A stretch of 62,961 nucleotides of DNA, filler included, from Rhabdomonas costata (taxonomy: Eukaryota): assembly GCA_019059605.1 (NCBI GenBank). It is 32 parts of 32 records of this genome, joined end to end, with 100 filler letters (N's around TTAATTAATTAA, not from the genome) between each part and the next. Parts side by side here need not be neighbours in the genome. Positions count along the whole stretch, not along the records: positions 51,250 to 53,118 come from JAHMHO010007961.1; positions 53,219 to 55,087 come from JAHMHO010007962.1; positions 55,188 to 57,056 come from JAHMHO010007963.1; positions 57,157 to 59,025 come from JAHMHO010007964.1; positions 59,126 to 60,994 come from JAHMHO010007965.1; positions 61,095 to 62,961 come from JAHMHO010007966.1; 26 more parts are not named here. One strand, 5' to 3'. Positions 51,297-62,961 of the stretch are shown here, piece by piece. A program made the position numbers and the translations under genes. The notes beneath the pieces are model-generated. The model was not told where the DNA came from and did no database searches. It saw only the letters and a program-made list of their open reading frames with translations. The first letter of the stretch is position 1. The number at the start of each line of letters is the position of its first letter.

Positions 51297-52351
51297 GTAC
51301 TTGGAAGCTCTTGCCGAGATGTTGGGGCCTCTGCGGCGTGCTCGCCTTGAGGACAGAGAACGTCTCCGTGAGGTCCCTCGTGGCCTCTCTTTGAGTGCGT
51401 TCGCTTGCGCGTTGTGTTGATGCATCTCCTTTTGCATCGAACGCGGCCCGGGGCTATGACTATCGCCCGGAAAAAATTTTGGCTCAGAAAACTGCCAGAG
51501 GCGCAGTAGTCTGCTTCCTGCCGGCAGTCTGGGGGTAGTCTGCTTCCTGAGGCTTGACTTTAAATTTTCAGCTTGAATCCTGTGGGTTATGAGTCGCTAG
51601 TTATGAGTGCTGACAAGCTTCGTTGTGTTAACATTGTTTACGCTTCCTTGATCCCCTGCCCCGCCATAGGCACTGAAGAGCTTCGGTGCTGAACTCGAGG
51701 CTCTCAATAAGCAGCTGTCCCGGGAGTCTGCTGCCTCCAAACCCGCCAAGGCACCTACCACATTGCCGCCACTGTGAACATTTGTATTTTTTTGCCCTGA
51801 GTCAATTTGGATGGGAGTGGCGGGACCGTGGCCCTCTCGGATCATTTTTTGATACAAGATACGAGTGTTCGAGTGTTCGAGTAGTGTTTGTTTTGCACTT
51901 TTTCATCTGCTTCTCTCTCTGCAAAGTACAATAAATTATCTGAAGTTAAAGTTGCTTTGCGTGAGCAGCGAAATGGCGTGTCTTTCTCTGTTTGCGCGGT
52001 GATATGCTTGTGCAGGTTGAATGTGAATGTGCTCATGTTGATGCTGCATCCGGATCAGTCGTTATGCGTTCGAGTGTAGATCCTATTCAGGATGGGGATC
52101 TTTGCGGAGTTGGCAATTAACTGGGGTTTTGGAAACGATGAATTTGCCCCTTGATTGAGCGAACATGTGGTCGTGGTTCTTCACTGTGTGACCTTCAAAC
52201 CTGGTGATTTGATATGTCATATGCAATTCCTGCCATGTTTGTTTGAAATTCTTTGGATGCTCTTTTCTTCGAATGCCTTCCCAACTTAAGGTGCAGCAGC
52301 TGCAGCAGTCCCTGAAGGACAAGTCCAAGCTATTCAAGATTATCGAGAAGG
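51297..52351 (+). CDS. Hypothetical coiled-coil protein; exons 51297-51372, 51670-51750, 51927-51977, 52291-52351
   Basis: Phase-compatible blocks YLEALAEML..RLRE|ALKSFGAELEALNKQL..PAK|YNKLSEVKVALREQRNG|VQQLQQSLKDKSKLFKIIEK; two donors would have to be GC. Confidence 0.55.
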
Positions 52352-53710
52352 GCACCTCCATCCTCTCATTGGGCTCAAAAAAGCAACAAATGTTTGCTCT
52401 TTCGGGCGGGGCGGGGCACAGGACAGCGGTGCATCAGAGGTGCACGCCTTCAGTATTAGGAATACATCCGAATACAAGAACTACTTTTTGTTGGCAATAT
52501 GCCCCACACACAAGTCCATCTGATTCCTGGGTGCTGTCCAGAAGGTTTGCGCAGGGCGACTGTGCACTTTTTGGGTCACCTCGAAAGGGATCCAGAGCTT
52601 TTCTCCCATCATTTTGCATCATTTATCTTCACGCGCCGCTGCGACGGACACAATTTTTCCCATATGCCCGGGCCCTCCGCCGTGAAACAGGTGCCCCGAG
52701 GACGCCTACGTCCCTCAGCTGCAGTCTGTGCTGACGGAGGTTCAGTTCATTGATCGGTATGCATGGCACCCTATCCGTGCACGTTTTCGTCATGGGTGCT
52801 CCCTATGAAACCCACCATTCTCTCAAATTGCTTCGGTTGGTCACCCCAACTTCCTATTCGTTTGACTAATCCACTTTCAGTGTTGCTCCCTGTTCGCCAG
52901 GTGACGTGATGACTGCATTCGGCTTTGTGAAAGAGTGTCGTGTCACCAGAACGACTGCGGGTGGTGTGACCACCATTGCATGGGATTACGTGGGATTGAA
53001 AATTAAAAGCCAGGACCAGGTGTGTCGATGGAGACAATATGTGACGGATGCTGAAGCGAAACGTGCCAGCCGTTCCACAGATGGGTACGGAAAGGACCGT
53101 GAAAGCCCCCCACCCACANNNNNNNNNNNNNNNNNNNNNNNNNNNNNNNNNNNNNNNNNNNNTTAATTAATTAANNNNNNNNNNNNNNNNNNNNNNNNNN
53201 NNNNNNNNNNNNNNNNNNGTGGGTGTGTCAAGAAACGCTCATGGAGGTGACCACCATCACCACCAGATCTGGGGGTCACCTCCATGAGCGTTTCTTGACA
53301 CAACCACCCAAAGACCCAAAGCGAAAAAACACGTCGGGGATTGTGTAACCAACTGGGCACCCAAAACTCTCATCCCTTCTGGACTTGGCTCCGGTTCCAG
53401 TCTGTTTGCCATTCGACACTTTTGGACTGTACTGTCCTTCACATTTCACTCTGCAAAATCGTGCATTCAAAACTACCCCAGGTCAAAAGCTGTGCCAACG
53501 CACCATCCGAAGTCTGTGTCAATGTATTGTACATCTGGTCCGAAAAAGAAGTGCTTCCAACGATTTCGATGCCACGAACGTTTTCTTGCTTGCAGGAGCA
53601 GCGGAGACAGGAGAGCGCGTTTGCACAAAAAATGCAAACTCCACAAGTAATAGGAAACACTGTGCCGGAAAGAAAGCAGCACAGAGAAAGCCGAGAGGGA
53701 GGGGGCCGAC

Positions 53711-54729
53711 CAGCTCCTCCAGGTACACCCCATCGGCGGTGATCTTCCCCAGAGCCTGGCGATCCGCGCTGCAGCTCACGCCCAGACCCACAGGGCAGCT
53801 GGCGCCGTGGCGGGGCAGTCGAATCACTCGCACTGTACGCAGTGGTGGCGGAAGAAAAAATGGTGCAGGGACCGATGTACGAGAAATCATCGCAACGCAG
53901 CGAAACCACAAAGGCTCGTGTACGTATGAACGTCAATGGCGCAATACTTGCACAAGGGAGAAAGAATAAAAAAAGCTACTGCTCTGCAGTGCAGCACCAA
54001 CACATGCATGCACACACACACCGTCATGGCAGAAGTACTTGCCCCCGAACTGCGCGCCAATCCCGAGCTGCTGGGTTAGCTTGTGCACCTGGGCCTCCAG
54101 CTCCAGGTCTCGGAAGGCCGATCCATCAGCGTTGCCCTGCGCCAACGGGGGCGGGCGAGGTGCGACCTTGACTCGCATGTCTCGTACGCCATCAACCGAC
54201 AGATCAGGTACGAGGTAAGTGAAAATTTGTGAGCGAGCGAGTGAGTTGTGAGCAAGTGAGAGTGTGGTACAACCACTGCCGTCCTTTGAGGACGCGCCAG
54301 CGCAACAAACTTGCCTGTACTCTGCTCTGCAATTCCGAGCGAGGGCACAGCGTGGAATTTGTCACCCCCTCCCTCAAAAAAAAATAGCAGCGGAAAACTT
54401 GCCCTCCAAGACCTCTCTTTCAGGCAGACTACACTATTACTTAGAGCCCAGGGCGACGGGAGGGGAGGGGCACAAGAGGGGCGAGGGGTTTGGAGTAACG
54501 TCATGTTAAAATACCCTTGCCTCGGCCCTTTTTGGGGAGCTATGCCGCATTGAATTGTAAGATGTCAATAAACCAGTCATGCCCCCACAACACAGCGGCT
54601 GACGTAGCCAAAGCCGACACGCGTGCGCGCGAGCAAGAATGCTCCAAGGCAGAACAACAAGGGGGGGGGGGCAAGAGAGACCGTTGTGGGAAGGTTGTCG
54701 AGGTACTTCGTGGACGCCAGCTTGACGGT
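53711..54729 (-). CDS. Class I (Fe-S) fumarate hydratase, internal exons 54729-54682, 54136-54022, 53832-53711
   Basis: [86 protein letters not shown]: FumA/FumB-type signature; junctions GT-AG and in phase. Confidence 0.96.
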
Positions 54730-57346
54730 CTGCAAGTGTGTGGGAAAAGCGACGCGAGCTCACAATGTCTCGTGGAGCATCCACCGCAACTTGTTTGTTC
54801 CCAAGATGGGCTGCATTTTTTGGTTGTGGTGGGGAAGCAACAGCACAAATACAAGAAATCTCGTGATCCGGTGTGTTGAGTTTTGTGTCAAACATTTACT
54901 CGTCAGAAATCCATCAGAATCACACTTGCGGAAAACTTGACTTTATGAAAGTCCCAAAAGAAGATGTCCTTTCGTCATGATTGATGTCAAAGGATTCAAC
55001 CAAAACCCCAAACAAAAGCAAGAAGAAAGATTTTAAACACACCATTCTTCAACCCATTGCGTTACGCAGTTATCAAAATCCCATTCCNNNNNNNNNNNNN
55101 NNNNNNNNNNNNNNNNNNNNNNNNNNNNNNNTTAATTAATTAANNNNNNNNNNNNNNNNNNNNNNNNNNNNNNNNNNNNNNNNNNNNGTTTGTTTTGGGT
55201 TAACGGCGTGACATACTGTACAAAATTTTGGGACGTAAAAGATGGAGTAGTAGAAATCGACCCTTAGCCTTTGGTAAGTCGAGTGTCCCCCCAGAGTGAA
55301 CGTGGTCAGGAATTTTGTTTTCGATTGTGTGGTCTCAAGGCACACGTTTCTGGTCAGTGATTTTTTGTGTTCGTACAACACATTTTTCTCGTAGTGTAAG
55401 GTGCGATGGTGAATCATCTGAGTCATCGGTGTAGCCTGCTACTTGTCATCTCATAAAATTAACGCAGCAACAGAATGCCCTGCAACGGAGAAGTCATGCA
55501 TGGGTGGGGTTCTCGAACTTCGCCTTGTAAAGTGACGGTGTGTATCGCGCACACAGCGTGCCTTGATTTTACTATACGTTTACTTGATTTTTTTGCGTGC
55601 TAGAATCCCCTCTCCTACTTCTCCACCTTCCTTTGCTATATTGTTCATCTGTACTCTTCTGTTCTTATCTTTCCTCGCCTTGATGAGGCTGTTTTTTTTT
55701 GTGCTGGAAGCTCGAGGTTTGCGAACTATTGGAATCTCGTCTGTTCGGGCATGCTCCATGCTGACCGACTCCCTTGATTTTACTTTCATATTGGAGAAAA
55801 TCATGCAAGTCAAAACGTGAAAAGGCGTAAAATTCGCAGAAAAATTGCAAAAGAAAAAATAGTAACATCCTCCGCGCAAGCCTTTTTTCTCCCTTCCCTC
55901 CTCCCATTACTCCGTGCCCGTGCCCGTTTTACTTCCCCTCTCTTCCCAAGTAAATTTGTTGCTTTTGAACTCTTTCGGAGACCACTCCACTGCATGTTTC
56001 TCGCCCCCCCCCCTTTTTCTTCGCATTTTTTCCCCTTCGATCACTTCATCGCCACGCATTCTCCATCACCTTTTCTCCTTCTTGCTTTACCAGTGTACAC
56101 TATTCTTGCGGACCTTGAACACTACAGCCGTGATCGTCTTTAAAAAAATATCGTAGAATATCGCAAGAAATCGTCAAAAACAGAATTTTCCCGAAGAAAG
56201 AAAAAAATCGTCCAACTATGGATATTTAGAGCTTTCGTGTCAACCAGTTGTCTGGTTTGTCCCTCTTCGGGGTTCTGTTCTTCTTCTTTTCTGTATCTCA
56301 TGGTGTCTGGTGTCTCTTCCATCGTGAAACTTTGGCTAGCTGGTTGGTTTATCAACGAGGTTACCCCAGAGGGAAGTGGAGAGCTCGATTCAAACAGCCC
56401 CATCAGATTGCAAAAGAATTCCGAATTATTGACTTTCTCTTGGCTCCTATATCATCATGACTCCTTCAGCCCGCCCTGATATTAGATTTATCCCAAAATA
56501 TTTTTGGGGTATTTGGGGGCTTGTCGCGCGGGTTGCACCAGCGCTGTTTATTCTTTCCTCATTGCTGGCCAGTTTTGGCCAAAAACCCACTCATTTCAGC
56601 TTTGATTTCGGCACCTTTAGCCCCCAGTAGCCAATTCGGATTTTTTTGCAGTTGCTGAAAATGCACCCTATCCTCCATAAAAACCAACAATACCGGCTAG
56701 AGCTGGGGAAAGTATTGTCCAATAAAGTGCTCCTTAAAATCGAGCCATATTTGGTATGCATTTATTATATATATCAGCGGCTTGGTTTTCCTTGCAGACA
56801 ACTCTACACCGGGGATCTAACAGAGCCGCTGCCCCTTGGAGCAGTATAATTCCGTGATCCCGTGATGCTTTGACTCCTTTCGCACATCACCGTTTATATA
56901 AGTGGTTCATCACCCCGAAAAGAAATGCTCCGGACTCCATAAATGACGCACTATGCAGTCATCACTCGTGACCTCCTTTTTCTCTCTTTTGCTTTGAATG
57001 TGCCTCAATCGAACTTTGCGCTTTAACAACGTCGGACTATTGCAATACAACCCACCNNNNNNNNNNNNNNNNNNNNNNNNNNNNNNNNNNNNNNNNNNNN
57101 TTAATTAATTAANNNNNNNNNNNNNNNNNNNNNNNNNNNNNNNNNNNNNNNNNNNNGGGGTGTGTGTGTGTGTGGATCTTATAGCAATGCTCCCTAATGC
57201 TTGCGGTGGTAATGGTGACCAGGAGGTGAGTTTTTTCCCACAAGGTCCCTTGGGCCAAACCCAACGTTTACTATTCACAGCCGTTCACCAAACAGATGCC
57301 CCACGAGAAGCACAAAGAAGTTGCCCGCGCACTGACAAAAGCTCAC

Positions 57347-58889
57347 CTGAGGGTCTTTCTTGTCATACGTGAAGGACCAGTTGTACGAGAGCTTCAGCTG
57401 CAGGCGAGCGTGGTCCGAGGTCTCCACAGTGATGATGTCTGTATGTTTGGTAGACAAAATACGGCGAAGGTAACGGGTCATGTTAAAAGTGAAGCTGAAA
57501 CGATAATTCAGCAAAAACGGGTCACGGATCCTCACAGGATTTAATGACACTCCAAGTCGAAAGAGATAAAAAAACCAAAAAGCCAAATCCCTGTGTCACA
57601 TTTTCGGTGCGTGCTTGCGCAGATGTAACCAAGCTGTAACCAACAACCATGATGTTCAATTGCAACATTTTGGAACACTTTTTCTTACAGGAAATATTCG
57701 CTTGTAATTAAAAAATACCCCTTTTGGAGTCTTTCTCAAAAACTCTCACTTTTAAAGAGGCGCGGGAAGTGTGTCTGAAGACGCACCTCCTGCCAGTTTT
57801 CCAATCTGATTTGGCGCCCCCTCTCCAGAAAAGAAGAAGAGAAGCCCCAGATTTCCTTCATATTCCCTTGCCCCTTCACGTACCCTCACTTCCCTTTCCT
57901 TCCCTGAACTTCCGTTCCCTTCCCCCCAACCACAAACCAGTCATGAAGTCAGGGCCCAGGAAAAGCTGGAGGGACTTGATCACATTCGGAACCTGCGCAA
58001 AACACAGAGGTGGTGCATCGTCATAAAAACCTCCCCGGACAACCAATCCGAAGACTGTCTGGCATTGACGGAAAACGCGAACCCAAGTTGAGCAACTCAG
58101 GTAGGGTAGGAACCATGCCCACCTCATCTGAGATGAAATTCAGGCGGGGTGGAATTCGAAACCGCCGCCAAGCGTTCTTCGACCCGAGTTTCCGATCACG
58201 ACCTAATGAAGGCTGGCGTGGAAGCGGTGATTACCTTTGGGTAAGACCACCGGTGACCATCGGTTACAACTGAAGCACCGGTTACGAAGGCGGGAGAGAT
58301 ACCTTGGGCTTGTCCCCGCTCAGGCTGACAATTGTGAACTGCTCGTCGGGGCCCAGCAGAACCAGGTCGGGGCCAAACACGATCCGAGGCTTGCGGGCCT
58401 TGTAGTCGTAAATCTGGCACGCCGCGTTGTGCTGCACACTGAACCGAACTGATAGAAGACAGCGCGCGTTAACAGGGAGATGTTGTTTACAGGAAAAGCA
58501 CGCTCAACGTCCAGGTCAGAGTTGATGAAGGGATGTGGGCAGGGGCTGAACAGAAGTAGAAGAGTGAAGAAATTTGGGTGAACATAACAAGCAATGCAGT
58601 TGTCTTCATCACAAGGATAGCAATCAACAGTTAACCAACAGTCAAGCAGACATGCACCCATAACACACCCACACAAATATATACCAACGCGGGTGCGGTT
58701 GCGGGTAGCACGGGCCGGGGTGTCGTCGCGGTCCTTCGCCATGTGCTTGGTGCCATTGGGGCGGGTGAGCAGCTCCTCGGCAATCGGCGGCAGCTCCTTC
58801 TCCCACAGCACCTCCGTGGGGCTGAGCATGTAGGACTCCCCGATCACGGACCGCACGTGGCCGGTCTTCTCGTCCCGCACGTACACGCC
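57347..58889 (-). CDS. MVP: Major vault protein, internal exons 58889-58685, 58448-58303, 57992-57938, 57438-57347
   Basis: [123 protein letters not shown]; all junctions in phase. Confidence 0.97.
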
Positions 58890-59537
58890 CTACCCATAGG
58901 GTGGCGGTCAGGTGTGGGCGTGGATTTCAGTTACCTCTTGTGTTCCGCGCTTCTCTCCACTTCGAACCTTCCCTTGGTGAATCCCAAAACACGGAAACCC
59001 CTCTTCCATTTGTATTAGAAAACCCNNNNNNNNNNNNNNNNNNNNNNNNNNNNNNNNNNNNNNNNNNNNTTAATTAATTAANNNNNNNNNNNNNNNNNNN
59101 NNNNNNNNNNNNNNNNNNNNNNNNNTGTGTTAGGTGAGTTTGGGGTGGTTGGGGAGGAAGGGAAGGGAAGGAAAAGGGGGCTGAAGGAACAAAGTCCACA
59201 TTCAACTGGGTCCAGTACAAAACGGGAACAGTTTAATGGCCAAAGGAGGGAAGGCGGAAACCCCCCGTCTCTCTTGCTTCAGTTAGTTCGATAAACTGTC
59301 TGGATTTGAATGTTGGGTTGATTACCGTTTACGTGTTGGTTTGAAACAATGTTTTCCATATGAATGATTCCTTTGACGGCAAAAAACCAGGAGGAGCCAT
59401 GTGTTTTTGAACAACTGGCTGTGATCAGCCACATAAAAAGCCGGCCGAAAGCCGGCCAGAAGCATCACTCCGGGATAAAAAAAAGTCACGCTAAGAAAGG
59501 AACACACCCATCCCTACCTTCCCGCCCAAAGTCTCAC

Positions 59538-60675
59538 CTTGTCACTGGAGCTGCTGTGCTTCATGGCCAGCACGGAAACAATGTATGCCACCATGGTGTT
59601 GTATACGATGAGGAAGATGTCCCACCGGAAGACGTGAGGCTTGCGATGGAGCTCAGGGTCCATTAGGGGGTTCAGGAAGAGCATGTACGCCGCCAGCACA
59701 AACCAGAACCCGAAGCTCCCCACCACGTAGGCCATCTCGCTCAAGAACGTCTCAATCGCAGACCCAATGGTCCTTCTGCGGGCGGGCAAGCACCTCCTCC
59801 CCACATCGGTGCATGTATATGTCAAAGCTGTGGCTGTGGCTGTCCCCACATCGGTGCATGTATATGTCAAAGCTGTGGCTGTGGCTGGAATGTGCAATGC
59901 AAAATCCTTTGTTGGTACACAACTGGCTGAGCAGCAAAGTCAAAACGATCATTCATGCCACCGAGATGAACCGGTGAGTCACAGGCCGTCTGTTCAGTTC
60001 GAATGGCCCTGAACGAATACATACCATGTTACTTATGTTCGCTTTCTGACCCTGCTGTGCTTCCTTGATTGCATTTTCCCTTTTACCGTTGCCGCAGCAG
60101 CACGGAGTCATGGATTTTCAAACAACAGGGGGGGGGGTGAGGGACGGGCGTTGAACGATGAGCACCGCTTAGCGGTCATAATTTTCTAAACCACCTTTAA
60201 TTTAAAGTATGTCTTGGTGGCGGAAAAACGGTATTGGTAACTCCCGGCAGGAGGTAGTTGACACAGCTTACCTAACCACCGTAAGCAGCATCGCCAAAAA
60301 AACCACTTCGGTCGTTTTGCACAACAATTTGAGAACGTCCCAACCCATCCGTCCGACATCACCGCGGCTTCCGCATCTAAAATAATATTGTCCCGTATCT
60401 GCCAAAGCCCAGCAACAAAAATTCCACAAAAAGCCGAAAACTTTTTGGCAGTGCTAAGTGCTGAATGTTTCACGTTCCCCCTCCCCCTTCCTGACGTCCA
60501 ACAAGCACGCCGACGCACGTTGCGGAGACAGATTCGAGGTGCTCCAGCCAGCACTTGCTCCAGAAATGGGCCACGGAGCGCGGCAGCCCGCCGTCCTCCG
60601 CGAGGTGCTTCCGGAACGCCGGGAGGGCCTCCGGTAGTTCCACCGCCTCGTAGTCCAAGAATTGCATGAAGGTAC
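59538..60675 (-). CDS. Hypothetical polytopic membrane protein; exons 60675-60519 and 59775-59538
   Basis: A phase-2 junction joins ...WLEHLESVSAT to RTIGSAIETFLSEMAYVVGSFGFWFVLAAYMLFLN..WDIFLIVYNTMVAYIVSVLAMK (two transmembrane-like segments). Confidence 0.6.
59798..59887. repeat. 45-bp tandem duplication in an intron
   Basis: TCCCCACATCGGTGCATGTATATGTCAAAGCTGTGGCTGTGGCTG twice (59798, 59843). Confidence 0.95.
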
Positions 60676-62559
60676 CTGAATGTGCAGGCCCAAAGTTTTC
60701 CAAAGGAGTGTTTGTCTTGTTGTTGTCTTTGCATCAAAATCGTGCGCAAAGTTCAGCTAGACTCTTCAACTTCGACAAACGGTGCTGACTTGTTCTCTTG
60801 TTTTTGTTTCTGAACGGTTTCCTCACTATTCTGCCTTGTTGTTTGGTCCTTAAGTTGAGGAGGAAGAAAGGTTTGGTTGATGGGCTTCGGGGAATACATA
60901 CTTAGCCCGATTTGGGTCGAATTGTTTCCCTCCCTCATACCTTGTCACATTTCTAGCCCGGCACACTTTGGATTTATTTACCATGCATAGGACGNNNNNN
61001 NNNNNNNNNNNNNNNNNNNNNNNNNNNNNNNNNNNNNNTTAATTAATTAANNNNNNNNNNNNNNNNNNNNNNNNNNNNNNNNNNNNNNNNNNNNTTGTTG
61101 TTGTCGAGGCTTATGAGAGTATGGGCCTTCTCAAAAGTATGCCGTTTGCGATTCTCTGCACTCCTTTGGGGTGTCAAGAAGAGCGCTTGCTTGACGCTGA
61201 CTTTTCACCCATTTCGCACCATTCTGTCAAAGTTTAGACCAATGGAAACCACTAATTGGAGGTGTTTGTTTTGTACGATGTCCTTTCTTCTTCTTTTTTT
61301 CGTACTCTTTTATCTTTTGATCAGACAGACAGCGCAATTTTTCGTAGTTGGCGAAATGCACGCTCCATGCGTTTGGAAGTTAGAGCAAATAAAAGAGCAA
61401 AGAGGTGGCGGTGAGCTGGGAGATTGGTGTGTTAGTGGTCAATTTTCACGACAGGAGGATCCATGCCCGGAACGGCGATTGTTTTCAACAGGGGAATTGA
61501 GGATTGCACGCGTTTGCTTTTGCGCATTCCAAAGGGGTGCCTTAGCGAAGCGGAAGGCACTCTCGGTCAGCACAAGGCTTCCAAAAACCGACCGTTGTGA
61601 CAGTAATTTTTGCGTGATACGGAAATAAACGCGCAGACGCACATTACGTTCAGATGAGATCCCCCAAGGAACCGAACGCATGCGAACCCAATAAAACACA
61701 AACATTTTCCCGGGAAGGGTTGTCTCATAGCGAAACGCTCCCTTAAGTCGCACTGGGGTGGTCTGTTGGGGGTGGGTGCTGTACAATTGGTGGATTTTAT
61801 GGACGGAGTTCTTTTTATGCGCTGGGTAGGGGTCGCGCTTTCCGTCCAAAACTCGCTAAACCTGGTTGGACCTTTTCGCCCCCCCCCCCCTTTTTTTGCA
61901 GAAAAACAACACGAACGAAAGCAAGTGCGACCAAGGCTGTGCTGGGCCCATATATACAAGTTTCCTCTGCTACCCGGTGTTGGGGTCTTTCGGGTGTTTG
62001 AATGGACGAACGTCCCTCCGAACCCGGTCGTGTTGGCAGTTTTCGGCGCAGCTGGAAAGGTGCAGGGGGAAGGTGTACCCGAAACTTTCCGGAAAGGTCG
62101 ACTTTTTGCTTGGCTTCCTTGGGGATGTGGCTGTGCGACGCGCTGGCGGATAGACCGCATTTCCGGTGCGCAACAAAAAACCCGAAGATGACACCAACAT
62201 TGATTGAAACGATCGCAAACGCATGCCCGTTTTGGTCCAATGTGCGCATGCGCTCCACGTTTTTGATCTATTCAGGTTCGAAGTGCGCCCACACATACAG
62301 CTTCCATCGGTGGACCATGGAGCAACACAGCTAAGTGTAGTTCAAGTGGCGTTGTTTCTGAGGGCTGTGCGCGGAACTTTGCTTAAAAATAAGCGCGTCA
62401 ACATCCGGCACCTTTGCTTGTTTGCTCCTTTATTTTTCTGGTGCCATAGCCGCTTTTTAAGCTTTTAATCTCATCAATGGTTTCTTTACCAACTTTGTTT
62501 CCGCCGTTAGCCCTGACCCAAAGGTACAGGAATATGGTCCAAAGATGAAGACGGTTCAC

Positions 62560-62961
62560 ATGATGATGCTTAGGAAGAGGTAATGTTACATCCAATTGTT
62601 TGAAGTGCCATTTGTCCAGAGTTTGGTGCGGAAGAAGAAGTGAAGTTAGAGCCGACGATTTTTATAGCGATGTGTTGCAATTTGATGGTGACACCTTGCA
62701 TTGACCTGTTTGCTCCACCAAGACAACTGGAGGTTGGTGCAATGGATGAGAGAGTATGTTTTCGAGTCTTGGGTGGTTAAAGGGCTTGTTTCGAAGGAGG
62801 CGATGCTGAAGGCTCATAAGAAGATGGGTTTCTTGCTGATACCGTTTCAGATGGTTTGTCGGACGTGGACACCAAAGTTCCGTATCAGTATGCAGAGGGA
62901 GTGGAATACGGAGAGGATTATGCGGAGCGGATTAAATGGACAGATTTCAGAGTTTCGACCT
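62560..62961 (+). mobile_element. Degenerate DIRS/tyrosine-recombinase-type retroelement remnant (post-RNase H methyltransferase-like region)
   Basis: VKLEPTIFIAMCCNLMVTPCIDLFA (62640-62725), then after a frameshift W..EYVFESWVVKGLV..GFLLIPF...W, echoing the DIRS 'L.P..F..C....P.IDLFA...W...Y.FPP...LVVP.W' pattern. Confidence 0.5.

Noticed and set aside
53219..53308. Hairpin at the contig start
   Set aside because: Terminal fold-back artefact.
55188..57056. Possible decayed DNA transposon (HDFSVAG, Lys-rich frames)
   Set aside because: Motif too short, frames broken and no TIR pair found; cannot be assigned.
940..60675. Alternative genetic code or stop-codon reassignment
   Set aside because: Conserved exons (NMD3, MVP, fumarase, RPAC2) contain no in-frame stops, and TAA and TGA terminate genes normally; stops occur only in decayed elements or at the CDKAL1 frame break.
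1871..61094. Regularly spaced TTAATTAATTAA palindrome as a CRISPR-like or biological repeat
   Set aside because: Always centred in N44 pads; it is a six-frame-stop concatenation linker. ORFs ending in X...LIN are artefacts of it.
1..62961. Operon-like or multi-gene system formed by adjacent genes
   Set aside because: Adjacent genes lie on independent, length-sorted contigs, so their proximity carries no biological information.

Overview
This window is not one locus. It is 32 unrelated contigs of about 1.87 kb joined by an artificial 100-nt spacer (N44-TTAATTAATTAA-N44), so gene neighbourhood across spacers is meaningless. Most contigs start with G/T-only bases and end with A/C-only bases, and five carry terminal fold-back hairpins; both point to whole-genome amplification artefacts. 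The DNA is from an intron-rich eukaryote, by inference a euglenozoan (euglenid-like). It shows GC3-rich short exons, GT-AG introns with weak donors, acceptor-like CAGs just before start codons, and kinetoplastid-type proteins. Gene fragments reconstructed by hand with phase-checked junctions: NMD3, major vault protein, class I fumarate hydratase, CDKAL1/MtaB, RPAC2, TBCE, a MAPK-like kinase, a CCCH zinc-finger protein, a dynein-stalk-like protein and several hypothetical proteins. Single exons or ORFs encode EF-hand, kelch and J-domain proteins. Decayed mobile elements: two Ty3/Gypsy remnants, an APE-type LINE, a GIY-YIG (Penelope-like) element, a DIRS-like remnant, a Merlin-like transposase stub and a TIR-flanked 55-bp minisatellite element. 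The strongest leads are (i) a self-closing 1,784-bp unit that may hold a complete two-exon putative glycosyltransferase gene, (ii) the 55-bp repeat family linked to a Merlin-like stub, (iii) the N-terminal GIY-YIG element and (iv) a J-domain embedded in element-like DNA. I found no firm evidence for a wholly new system. All family assignments come from motif recall, not database searches.
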